NCBI GenBank assembly: GCA_000008885.1
Contig: BA000021.3
Coordinates: 570,001 to 602,000 of the forward strand
DNA from: Wigglesworthia glossinidia endosymbiont of Glossina brevipalpis
Lineage (GTDB): Bacteria; Pseudomonadota; Gammaproteobacteria; Enterobacterales; Enterobacteriaceae
Reading direction: 5' to 3'
Length of the DNA stretch: 32,000 nucleotides
Of the stretch, positions 10,634 through 22,206 are shown one piece after another (positions within the stretch are counted from its first letter, which is position 1; each line of letters begins with the position of its first letter). Below the pieces are notes generated by a model. That model saw only the letters and a program-made list of their open reading frames with translations. It did not search any database and was not told where the DNA came from. The translations under genes were made by a program, and so were the position numbers.

Positions 10634-11755
10634 TTAATATCTTCCTAAATAATAATCCCAATCTTTCCAAACTGGATTCATTCCTTTTTTTTCTAGCTCT
10701 TGAGATACTTCTCTAGGAGATCTGTTATCTTGGATTTCAAATTGGTTTAATTCTTTTTTGGATGTGGAATAACCTCCAGGTTGTGTGCTAGATCCTGCAC
10801 TAATATTATTTATCAGTATCGGAGAAATATTATCTCTAAATTTTTTTGATTCTCTTGTAGAAAGAGATATTTCGATTTCTGGAAATAATATTCTAAAAAC
10901 GCACATTATTTGTAAAAGATCGGATTCATTTATTATGCATTTAGGACTTATTCCGTTTGTACAAGGACGTAATCTTAAAATAGATAAAGAATAATTTGTC
11001 TTCCAAAAAAATTTTCTAAGATAAAATATATGATTCATTAAAAAATAACAATCTGTACGCCAATTTTCAGATAAACCTATAAGAATTCCTAGTCCTATTT
11101 TTTCAATGTTAGATTTAGCTATTCTTTCTGGAGTAGATAAACGCCAAAAAAAATCTCTTTTTTTTCCAATTATATGATGTTCTTTATATGATTTTATATT
11201 ATAAGTTTCCTGATATACCAATACTCCGTCTAGTCCTACTTTTTTTAAAAGTTTATATTCTTCTGTAGATAATGGTTGAACCTCTATTGCAATCGAACTA
11301 AATTTTTTTCTAATTAACGAAATAATTTTATACAAGTAATCTATTCCTGATATTTTATTATGCTCTCCACTTACTAATAATATATTTTTAATATTTTGCT
11401 TAAGTATTACTTCACATTCTCTTAAAATTTCTTTTTCGTTTAAAACCTTCCTTTTTATTTTATTTTTCATAGAAAATCCACAATACGTGCAATCATTTGA
11501 GCAAAAATTAGAAAGATATAAAGGCATAAATAAATTAATATTATTTCCAAATCTAGTTCTAGTTATAATTTTAGCCTTTTGAGCTAGACTTTCTAAGTAA
11601 AAAGAAGCAGCTTTTGACAAAAGCGGAATTGCATCGTTTAAAAGTAAAAAATTTTTATTTAATATATTTTCTACATCTCTAAATTTACATTTAGAAATTA
11701 ATTTAGAAACCTCATTCCATTTTATTTTTTCCCAGTATTGTTTAAACGTTTTCAT
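10634..11755 (-). CDS. thiH: 2-iminoacetate synthase (radical SAM tyrosine lyase) ThiH
   Basis: 373 aa. Carries the radical-SAM motif CSNDCTYCGF (CX3CX2C). It is the last gene of a thiCEFSGH-ordered cluster. Confidence 0.9.
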   Translation of the reverse strand: MKTFKQYWEKIKWNEVSKLISKCKFRDVENILNKNFLLLNDAIPLLSKAASFYLESLAQKAKIITRTRFGNNINLFMPLYLSNFCSNDCTYCGFSMKNKIKRKVLNEKEILRECEVILKQNIKNILLVSGEHNKISGIDYLYKIISLIRKKFSSIAIEVQPLSTEEYKLLKKVGLDGVLVYQETYNIKSYKEHHIIGKKRDFFWRLSTPERIAKSNIEKIGLGILIGLSENWRTDCYFLMNHIFYLRKFFWKTNYSLSILRLRPCTNGISPKCIINESDLLQIMCVFRILFPEIEISLSTRESKKFRDNISPILINNISAGSSTQPGGYSTSKKELNQFEIQDNRSPREVSQELEKKGMNPVWKDWDYYLGRY

Positions 11756-11765
11756 TTTATATTTT

Positions 11766-12530
11766 CTAATAATTTAAAAAATCAGTAAGAGGACTACTTC
11801 TATGAGATATAAAACTTTTACCAGATAATCCAGAATTTTTAGCAATTTCTGCTGCTTGTAAAGCTATTTTAAAAGATTTTGCCATTTTTACTGGGTTATT
11901 TGATGTCGCTATAGCAGTATTTACTAGAACTGCATCTGCTCCTATTTCTATTGCTTTTACCGCATGGCTAGGAGATCCTATTCCTGCATCTATTATGATA
12001 GGTATATTTATTTGTTCAATTATAATTTTCAAAAAATAATCATTTATTAATCCAAGATTTGTACCAATAGGAGACCCTAAAGGCATAACTGCACTACATC
12101 CAACATCTACAAGTTTATGACATATAACTGGATCTGGAAAACAATAAGGAAGAACTACAAATCCATCTTTTACTAAGATTTTTGCAGCTATTAATGTTTC
12201 TACAGAATCAGGAAGCAAGTATTTTGTCTCAGGATGTATTTCTAATTTTATCCAATTCGTATTCAATGCCTCTCTAGCTATTTTAGCTGCTAAAACAGCT
12301 TCTTTAGCATTTTTTGCTCCAGATGTATTTGGAAGTAATTTTATTTTAGATCTATTTAGTGTATCTAAAAATTCATTTTGTGGATTGTTAAAATCCATTC
12401 TTCTTATAGATAATGTTATAAGTTCGCTTTCGGATGCAAATATTGATTCTAGCATTATTTTATTAGAAGAATATTTTCCAGTTCCAACAAATAATCTAGA
12501 TTTAAAAAAAGTATCATTTATTTTTAACAT
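11766..12530 (-). CDS. thiG: Thiazole synthase ThiG
   Basis: 254 aa. Contains [15 protein letters not shown] and [12 protein letters not shown]. Its ATG (12528-12530) directly abuts the thiS stop (12531-12533). TAG stop. Confidence 0.93.
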
Positions 12531-12731
12531 TTATCCTCCAGATATTGCCTGGAATAAAATTATAGTGTCATTTTTTTTAATTTTAAAAGTTGACCATTCT
12601 GGTTTAGGTATGACAACATTATTGACAGATATTGCAAATCCGAATTTTTTATACTTATAAAAAGAAACAATATCAAATAAAGTTGTTGAATCTTTAATAT
12701 CTATTTTTCTATCGTTTAAAGTAATTTTCAT
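12531..12731 (-). CDS. thiS: Sulfur-carrier protein ThiS
   Basis: A ubiquitin-like small protein ending in the diagnostic ...FQAISGG. Starting at the second ATG (12731, MKITLNDR...) gives 66 aa as in E. coli. The ORF-track start at 12746 would overlap the thiF 3' end. Confidence 0.85.
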
Positions 12732-12735
12732 ATTT

Positions 12736-13497
12736 TTAATTTTCATTTATTTTTTTTGAGCATACATCACAATTAATACTTTTTTTTAAATTAAATTTTT
12801 TTAACTCCAATTTTTTACCGTCAAATATTTTTATTGTAGAATTAAATTCTATAATTTTTAAAATAAATTTAATTGCTTCTAGTGCTTGCAAAGAACCCAT
12901 TATTCCTACAACAGGACCTAATATTCCAAATTCTTGACAAGTTTGATATATTTCATTTTTATCTGGAAATAAACAAGAATAACATCCATACTTTCATGGA
13001 GGCCAAATTGAAAATAATTGTCCATTAAACCCTATAGCACTGGCACTAATAAGTGGTTTGTTATTACTAACGCAGTTATAATTAATAATATTTCTGCTGT
13101 ATACGGTATCTGTACAATCTAATACTAGATCTGAATAATTTATATATTTATTTATATTATTTTTATTTAATTTTTTTTTTATAGAAAAATATTTAACATG
13201 TGGGTTAATTTTTTTTAATTTATTTTTAGAAATAATTGACTTATTTTTAGAAATATCATCAGTAGAATATAATATTTGTCTTTGTAAATTTGATATATCA
13301 ACTAAATCATAATCTGCTAATAATAAAGTTCCAATTCCTGCAGCTGCTAAATAAATAGCGGCAGAAGAACCTAAACCTCCTAATCCTATTAACAATATCT
13401 TAGATTTTTTTAATTTATTTTGACCAGATAATCCTATTTCTTCTAATAAAATTTGCCTGCTATATCTTAAAAAATTAGAATTATTAATATTTTTCAT
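12736..13497 (-). pseudogene. thiF: Full-length thiF reading frame (253 sense codons counting the TGA position) interrupted by one in-frame TGA. It is either a very recent pseudogene, a read-through gene, or a sequencing error.
   Basis: I hand-translated 12993..12739 in the same frame: [85 protein letters not shown], then TAA at 12736-12738. This matches the ThiF C-terminal part, including both CxxC motifs. There are no other stops or frameshifts. Confidence 0.75.
12994..13497 (-). CDS. thiF: ThiF (ThiS adenylyltransferase) N-terminal adenylation-domain ORF, ended by an in-frame TGA
   Basis: 167 aa. Contains FLRYSRQILL, the GLGGLGS nucleotide-binding motif, NLQRQIL and DCTD. It stops at TGA (12994-12996) about 85 codons short of a normal ThiF. 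Confidence 0.85.
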   Translation of the reverse strand: MKNINNSNFLRYSRQILLEEIGLSGQNKLKKSKILLIGLGGLGSSAAIYLAAAGIGTLLLADYDLVDISNLQRQILYSTDDISKNKSIISKNKLKKINPHVKYFSIKKKLNKNNINKYINYSDLVLDCTDTVYSRNIINYNCVSNNKPLISASAIGFNGQLFSIWPP

Positions 13498-14131
13498 ATA
13501 ATTTAATTTTTATTTTTTTTTGAATTTTATAAATTGTTTTTTTCCAATCTTTAGATTTTGTTATAGCACTTATCATAGAAATTCCATTTATTTTACATTT
13601 CAACACTTCATCTATTTGGCATAAACCAATCCCTCCAATAGCAACTTTTGGACAATTATTTATTTTATTACATAATTCTTTAAGTTTGTTTATTCCTTGA
13701 GGAGAAGATTTCATGATTTTAGTGTTTGTATGAAAAACATGACCAAAAGAAATATAAGATGGATTCCATTTTAAAGCGCGCTCTACTTCTTGATCGTTTC
13801 TTGTTGACAGACCTAACCTTAAACCTGATTTATAAATATATTTTATATCAGCATTATTCATATCTTTTTGCCCTAAATGAACTCCATATGCTTTGTGCTT
13901 AACAGCTAATTCCCAGTAATCATTGATAAATAAATTAGCTTTATATTTTTTTCCTAATATAATCGCTGATTCTATCTCTCTGTCTAAATTTATTTTATCT
14001 TTTTCTTTTATTCTAATTTGAACTGTTTTTATTCCTACAGATAATATTCTTACTAGCCAAGACAAAGAATCTATTATCGGATATAGACCAATATTTTTTG
14101 GAATAATTGGAAATTTTATTTTATTACACAT
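13484..14131 (-). CDS. thiE: Thiamine-phosphate synthase ThiE
   Basis: 215 aa. It holds the thiE position between thiC and thiF, has a TIM-barrel ThiE-like sequence (VQIRIK, GVHLGQ.D, GLS, ISFGHVF.T.TK, AIGGI), and overlaps the thiF start by 14 nt. Confidence 0.85.
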   Translation of the reverse strand: MCNKIKFPIIPKNIGLYPIIDSLSWLVRILSVGIKTVQIRIKEKDKINLDREIESAIILGKKYKANLFINDYWELAVKHKAYGVHLGQKDMNNADIKYIYKSGLRLGLSTRNDQEVERALKWNPSYISFGHVFHTNTKIMKSSPQGINKLKELCNKINNCPKVAIGGIGLCQIDEVLKCKINGISMISAITKSKDWKKTIYKIQKKIKIKLYEKY

Positions 14132-14132
14132 G

Positions 14133-15989
<1,857 letters not shown>

Positions 15990-16252
15990 TTAAATTACAT
16001 TTAAATAATTTATTTGTATTTTAATAAATTTTTATAAAAAACATTTGTATATTAAATTATATGAACATTGTATATTTTATATACTGCCACTAAAAATTTT
16101 TTTTGCAAGAAAAATTATAAATATTTTATTTAAATGTTAATTTAAGCAATATTTTTTATTAAAAAAGCTTATAATAGAAAATAAAAATATATTTTGTTTA
16201 ACACATAATACATGCTAAATTTATCATGAATAATATTTAAATAGGTTTATAA

Positions 16253-17335
16253 ATGCAATTTTTTGAAAACGATTCTTATTTAAGATCTGCGCTTAGAAAA
16301 AGTGTAAAAAGAACTCCAATTTGGATAATGAGACAATCTGGAAGATATTTAAAAGAATATCAATCAATTAAAAAACAAGCTAAAGATTTTTTATCTTTAT
16401 GTAAAACTCCTGATTTATCTAGTAAAGCTGCTCTTATTCCTATAAAAAAATTTTCTTTAGATGCAGCTATTATATTTTCAGATATTTTAATATTACCTTA
16501 TGCAATGGGAATGGATGTTAATTTTTATGAAAATTTAGGACCTAGTTTTTTAAATCCAATAAGTTCTATTTCGGATATGAAAAACTTAAATGTTCCTGAT
16601 CCGGAAAAAAATCTAAAATACGTTTTAGATTCAATTAAAATAATATGCAAAGAATTAGATAAAAAAATACCATTAATTGGTTTTTCTGGTAGTCCTTGGA
16701 CTTTGGCTTGTTATATGATAGAAGGAAAATGCAACAAAATATTTTCCAAAATAAAAAAGATGATATATCAAAATTCTAAAGAACTGCATTTTTTATTAAA
16801 AAAAATCACTAATTCTATAATTTTATATTTAAACTCTCAAATAATTTATGGAGTAAATGCTATTATTATTTTTGATACATGGGGTGGAATTTTAACAGAA
16901 GAAAAATATTGTGAATATTCTTTGCATTATATGTCTTTAATAATAAAAAATTTATTTTGCAAATATAAAGGAAATAAAATTCCAGTTACAATTTTTACAA
17001 AAAATGGAGGTCAATGGATAAAAAAAATTGCTAAATCTGGATGTGATGTAATTGCTTTAGATTGGAGTGTTGATATTGAGTATGCTAGAAAGCAAGTAAA
17101 TGGTAAAATTGCAATACAAGGAAATATGGATCCATTTGAACTTTATGGAAGTTTTTCTTCTATTGAAGAAGAGACAAATAAAATTTTATCTAAATTTGGA
17201 TATAATTCGGGTCATATATTCAGTTTAGGTCATGGAATTTATAAAGATACACCTCCAGAAAATGTTAATTTTTTAATTGAATCTGTACACAATTTATCTA
17301 AAAAATATCATAAAAAAAATAGATTTAAAAAATAA
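16253..17335 (+). CDS. hemE: Uroporphyrinogen decarboxylase
   Basis: 360 aa. Contains PIWIMRQSGRYL.EY, DAAIIFSDIL, IGFSGSPWTLA.YMIEG, IFDTWGG, LQGNMDP and GHIFSLGHGI. Confidence 0.94.
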   Translation: MQFFENDSYLRSALRKSVKRTPIWIMRQSGRYLKEYQSIKKQAKDFLSLCKTPDLSSKAALIPIKKFSLDAAIIFSDILILPYAMGMDVNFYENLGPSFLNPISSISDMKNLNVPDPEKNLKYVLDSIKIICKELDKKIPLIGFSGSPWTLACYMIEGKCNKIFSKIKKMIYQNSKELHFLLKKITNSIILYLNSQIIYGVNAIIIFDTWGGILTEEKYCEYSLHYMSLIIKNLFCKYKGNKIPVTIFTKNGGQWIKKIAKSGCDVIALDWSVDIEYARKQVNGKIAIQGNMDPFELYGSFSSIEEETNKILSKFGYNSGHIFSLGHGIYKDTPPENVNFLIESVHNLSKKYHKKNRFKK

Positions 17336-17708
17336 AATTATTTTTTTGAATAAAAAATTTTTGTATTTTTATTGATATGATTAAAATTAAATTTTCTAAA
17401 TGTTTAATTAAAATTAGATTATAACATTTTATACAAGTTTTTAAAATCAATTATAAATATATTATTAAAAAATAATTAATAATATGATTCATTTACAAAA
17501 TATAATAAATTCTTTAATTTATATATTTTTTAATAATATAAAAATTATTTACTGTGCATATAAATATTTACTAATAAATAAAATATAAAGATATAATATA
17601 TAAAATATTATTTTTTAATATATTAATTTAATATAAATTAATAATTTTATTATGCTGATAAATACTGATATTTATTAATCAATCGTAAAATAAAAAGGTA
17701 ATATTATA

Positions 17709-17981
17709 ATGAATAAAACTCAACTAATTGATGTAATTGCTAATAAAGCTGAATTATCTAAAATTAAAGCTAGAGCAGCTTTGGAGTCTACATTAGATGC
17801 AATTACTAATTCTCTTAAAGAAGGAAACGCCGTACAACTAATTGGTTTTGGTACTTTTAAAATAAATAGAAGAAACGCTAGAACAGGAAGAAATCCACAA
17901 ACTGGAAAAGAAATTAAGATAGCAGCTACAAATGTTCCTACATTTGTTTCTGGAAAAGCTCTAAAAGCAGCAGTAAAATAA
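17709..17981 (+). CDS. hupA: DNA-binding protein HU (alpha-like)
   Basis: 90 aa. [23 protein letters not shown] and [30 protein letters not shown] are nearly identical to E. coli HupA. It occupies the hemE-...-hupA-...-purD position as in E. coli. Confidence 0.93.
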   Translation: MNKTQLIDVIANKAELSKIKARAALESTLDAITNSLKEGNAVQLIGFGTFKINRRNARTGRNPQTGKEIKIAATNVPTFVSGKALKAAVK

Positions 17982-18020
17982 AAAAATCTGTGTTTTATAG
18001 TAATTTAATAAAAATAAAAT

Positions 18021-18051
18021 AAACCGGCTTTTTTAAAGCCGGTTTATTTTT
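18021..18051. terminator. Bidirectional rho-independent terminator shared by convergent hupA and purD
   Basis: AAACCGGCTTT (18021-18031) pairs perfectly with AAAGCCGGTTT (18035-18045) around a 3-nt loop. A T-run follows on the + strand (ATTTTTT) and an A-run precedes it, which gives a T-run on the - strand. It is one of very few GC-containing hairpins in the window and sits exactly between two convergent stop codons. Confidence 0.75.
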
Positions 18052-18055
18052 TATA

Positions 18056-19360
18056 TTAAAATTTATAATTTTTGTATTTTTTTAAATAAAATATTTCTCT
18101 ATTACCAATGTCGTTTCTGAAAAATTTTCCTTGCCAATTAATAGAATTAGCAACTATTTTTGATTTTTTTTGAGCATCTTCAATTGATTTACCTAAAGAA
18201 GTTATGCATAATACTCTTCCTCCGTTAGTTGTTAAGTTTTTATTAATATTTTTAGTAGAAGAATGAAATATCTTTGTATCTTTTAGTTCATTTTCAAAAT
18301 TTCCAAGTATATTTAATCCTATAGGATATTTTTTTGGATAACTTTTTGTGGCTAATACTATGCCTAAAGAATACCTATTATCTAATTCAATTATTTGCGA
18401 ATCAAGATTTCCATACATTGCAGATAAAATATGTAATAAAAAATCTGATTTCATTCTAAAAAGAATAGATTGTGCTTCTGGATCTCCAAATCTACAATTA
18501 AACTCAATTACATTTACATTATTATTGTAATCAATCATTATTCCTATGTATAAAATTCCTGTATATATTAAATTTTCCTTTTTCATTCCATACAAAGTAG
18601 GTAATAAAATATCTTTTATAATATTATTATATATAGAACTTGTCACAAAAGATACTGGGGAATATGCGCCCATCCCTCCAGTATTTAAACCAGTATCTTT
18701 GTCGCCTGATTTTTTGTGATCTTGTGATATTGCCATTGGTAAAAATCCGTTATTATTAATAATTGCAGTAAAACTTATTTCTTCTCCATGCAACATGTCT
18801 TCTATTAATATTTTAGATCCTGACATTCCAAATTTTTTTTTGACCAAAACATCTAATATAAATTTTTCAGATTCTTTTATATTTTTTATAATTTTTACTC
18901 CTTTCCCAAAGGCTAAGCCATCTACTTTTATAACTATTGGAAATTTTACTCTATTTAAATATTTTATTGCTAACTTTTGATCAGAAAATTCTTTATGTCG
19001 TGCAGTAGGAATATTGTATTTATTTAAAAAATTTTTAGCAAAAATTTTAGAACTTTCTAATTTAGCAGAAAATTTTTTAGGTCCAAATATTGGTAACTTA
19101 TAATAAGAAAAAACATCTGATATTCCATTAGATAATGGTTCTTCTGGGCCAACGATAGTTAAATCAATTTTTTTTTCTTTTGCAAATTTAACTAATTTAT
19201 TGATATCATTTGAGGAAATATCAATATTTTTTAATTTATAATCTATTTCTGTTCCAGCATTTCCTGGAGCTACATATATTTTTTTTGAAAAAATAGATTG
19301 AGCAATTTTCCAAGATATTGCATGTTCTCTTCCGCCATTTCCTACAACAAGTATATTCAT
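18056..19360 (-). CDS. purD: Phosphoribosylamine-glycine ligase (GAR synthetase)
   Basis: 434 aa. Contains [41 protein letters not shown] and GGRVLC. Shine-Dalgarno AGGAG lies in the 14-nt purH-purD spacer. Confidence 0.94.
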
Positions 19361-19374
19361 ATTACTCCTAATAT

Positions 19375-20964
19375 TTAATGACTAAATTGTCTAGTATTAG
19401 TAAATATCATTGACATATTATTTTCATCAACTGCTGAAATAATTTTATCATCATTAATTGAACCTCCTGGTTGTATAATACAACTAACTCCAAATTTAGA
19501 CGCAAAGTCAATGCTATCTCTAAATGGAAAAAACGCATCTGAAGCCATTACAGATCCTTTTAGGCTAAACCCTTGATCTATTGCTTTGTATGCAGCTATT
19601 CTTGTAGAAAATATTCTGCTAGTTTGACCTGATCCGATTCCTAAAGTACGCTTATTTTTTCCATAAATAATGGCATTAGATTTAATAAATTTAATTATTT
19701 TCCAAATGAAAATAGAACTTTCAATTTCTAGTTTAGAAGGTTGTCTTTTTGAAACTATTTTAATATCTTTTTCTTTTAATATTTTATTATCGCTATCTTG
19801 CAGTAATAATCCACAATTTACTTTTTTAAAATTTAATAAAAAATTTTTACTCAGGTAACCACATTCTAAAACTATTATTTTGCTTTTTGATTTCAGAGTT
19901 AATAATGCATCTTTTTCTATTACAGGAGCGATAATAATTTCTACAAATTGTTTATTAATTATAAATTCAGCAGCCTCTATAGTTAGAGGTCTATTAAAGG
20001 AAATTATTCCTCCAAAAGCTGAATCCGGATCTGAATAATAAGCCGATCTATAGGCATCAATAATATTTTTTCCTGAGGAAACTCCACAAGGAGTTGAATG
20101 TTTTACTATAACACAAGCGATTTCTGAAAAATTCATTACACAGTTAATTGCTATATCAGAATCAACTATATTGTTATATGATAACTTTTTACCTTGTCTT
20201 TGAATAGAAAAAGGAACAGTTCCAGGATGTATTACAGGATCTGTATAAAATGCTGCTTTTTGATGATAGTTTTCTCCGTATAATACATCTTCTTTCTTAG
20301 AAAAAGAAATAGAAAATAATTCTGGAAATTTTTTATTTTTTAAGTTTTTTTTTAATTCAATTTCTTTAAAATAAATTTTATTAAAGTAATTGAATATTTC
20401 TTTATCATAAGAATATGAGTATTGAAATGCTAAAGTTGAAAAATAAAAACGAGTTTTAAAACTAACTGATCCAGAATTTTTATCCATTTCTGAAGATAAT
20501 TTAGAATATTGATTTATATTAACTACTACTGTAACGTATTTATAATTTTTTGCCGCAGATCTAGCTAAAGCAACTCCTCCGATATCAATATTATCTATAA
20601 TATTTTCAATTTTTATATTTTCTTTTTTAACTTTTTTTTTAAATGGATAAAAATTTGTTATTACCATATCTATTTTTTTAATATTTAAGTTTTTATTTTC
20701 ATTGATATTTTTGTTATTACTTAATATTCCCCCATGTATTTTAGGATGTAATGTTTTTACTCTTCCATTTATTATTTCTGGATGATTAATATATTCTGAT
20801 ACAGATGTAGAAAAAATACCTTTTTCTAATAAATATTTATAAGTTCCAGAAGTAGTAATTAATTTAACTTTGTGTTTAATAAGATTTTTAGCTAACGAAA
20901 ATATACCTGTTTTATCTGAAACGCTTATTAAAGCGCATCTAATAGGAAGAAATGATTGTTCCAT
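19375..20964 (-). CDS. purH: Bifunctional AICAR transformylase / IMP cyclohydrolase
   Basis: 529 aa. Contains [43 protein letters not shown] and QPGGSINDD. The purHD operon order matches E. coli. Confidence 0.95.
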
Positions 20965-21183
20965 GAATTTACTTTTTTTAAAAATATTTATTATATTTTA
21001 TTATAAATTAATTTTTTAATCATGTTAAATGTTTAAATTTTTTATTTTTTTGAAAAATTATAATAATATATTTAAATATTAATATAATATAGAAAATTAT
21101 TAATAATTAAATTCTTACATATTAATTACAAATATCATAAATTATATTTATTTAAATAAAAATTTTTTAAAAATTTAATATAA

Positions 21184-22206
21184 ATGAAAACTAAAATTTT
21201 TAATACTTTTTCAATATCAGTTAAAGCAAAAAAAATAATTTCCGTTTATTCTGAAATAGAATTATTGCAATCTTGGCAAAAAGCTTCTGCTAAAGATCCG
21301 GTTTTATTTTTAGGATCTGGAAGTAATACTTTATTTTTAGAAAATTATCAAGGAACAATTATTCTAAATAGAATTAAAGGATTTCATGTAAAAGAAAATA
21401 ATTTTTTTTGGAATATACATGTATGTTCTGGAGAATTGTGGCATAATATAGTTACTATATGCGTTAATAAAGGAATTTCTGGATTAGAAAATCTATCCTG
21501 GATACCAGGTTATACTGGAGCAGCTCCAATACAAAACATAGGCGCATATGGAGTAGAATTCAAACAAGTTTGTTCTTATGTAGATTTTATTTTTTTAGAA
21601 ACAGGAGAAAAAGTACGTTTAAGTTCTCAAGAATGTAATTTTGGATATAGAAAAAGCATTTTTAATAGTTCTAAAAAGTTTTTTAATTATGCAATAGTTG
21701 CTATTGGTTTAAAGCTAAAGAAAAAATGGAAAGCTTGTTTGAATTATACCGATTTATCTTTTCTTGAAAAAGAATATGTAAGTCCTAAAAAAATATATAA
21801 TAAAATTTTTTACATCAGAAAAGAAAAAATCCCAAACCCAGTATATTTCGGAAATGCTGGAAGTTTTTTTAAAAATCCTTTAATTTCCTCAAAACAAGCA
21901 AAAAAAATTTTAAAAAATTATCCTAAAGCTCCTTGTTTTAAACAATTAAATGGAAATGTAAAATTTTCTGCTGGATGGATTATTGAAGCTTGTGGTCTAA
22001 AAGGATATAAACTTGGTAAAGCTGCTGTTTATCACAAACAAGCTTCTATAATAATTAATACTGGATCAGCAACTGGATATGAAATTGCATATTTAGCAAA
22101 ATATATTTTTTGTATAGTAAAAAAAAATTTTTCAATACAATTAGAACCAGAGGTTAAATTTATATCAAAAATAGGAGAAATAAAAGCATCAAAAATAATA
22201 TCATGA
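21184..22206 (+). CDS. murB: UDP-N-acetylenolpyruvoylglucosamine reductase
   Basis: 340 aa, against 342 in E. coli. Contains LGSGSN, GLENLS.IPG..GAAPIQNIGAYG, FGYR.S.F, GNAGSFFKNP and SAGWIIE. It ends with TGA (22204-22206) followed immediately by an in-frame TAG. There is a 4-nt ATGA overlap with birA. Confidence 0.92.
   Translation: MKTKIFNTFSISVKAKKIISVYSEIELLQSWQKASAKDPVLFLGSGSNTLFLENYQGTIILNRIKGFHVKENNFFWNIHVCSGELWHNIVTICVNKGISGLENLSWIPGYTGAAPIQNIGAYGVEFKQVCSYVDFIFLETGEKVRLSSQECNFGYRKSIFNSSKKFFNYAIVAIGLKLKKKWKACLNYTDLSFLEKEYVSPKKIYNKIFYIRKEKIPNPVYFGNAGSFFKNPLISSKQAKKILKNYPKAPCFKQLNGNVKFSAGWIIEACGLKGYKLGKAAVYHKQASIIINTGSATGYEIAYLAKYIFCIVKKNFSIQLEPEVKFISKIGEIKASKIIS

Noticed and set aside
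12732-12746. A longer ThiS (71 aa) starting at the ATG at 12746
   Set aside because: That ATG lies inside the thiF 3' end. The second ATG (12731) gives a 66-aa ThiS like E. coli and sits 4 nt after the thiF TAA, which fits translational coupling.
12747-12993. An apparently non-coding 247-bp gap between thiS and the 167-aa thiF ORF, possibly a spacer, small gene or regulatory RNA
   Set aside because: Hand translation shows it is simply the 3' part of thiF in the same frame after the TGA. No separate feature is needed.
12994-12996. Genome-wide reassignment of TGA to Trp (genetic code 4), as in some tiny symbiont genomes, as the explanation for the thiF TGA
   Set aside because: tuf and murB terminate at TGA exactly at their expected C-termini. 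About 30 other full-length orthologues contain no in-frame TGA, and all their Trp codons are TGG. A code-4 genome this AT-rich would be full of TGA Trp codons.
20965-21183. A PurR operator (ACGCAAACGTTTGCGT-like pur box) upstream of purH, or an rRNA/tRNA relic at the purH|murB junction
   Set aside because: I found no AAACG/CGTTT core or any G/C-containing conserved block. The spacer is almost pure A+T.
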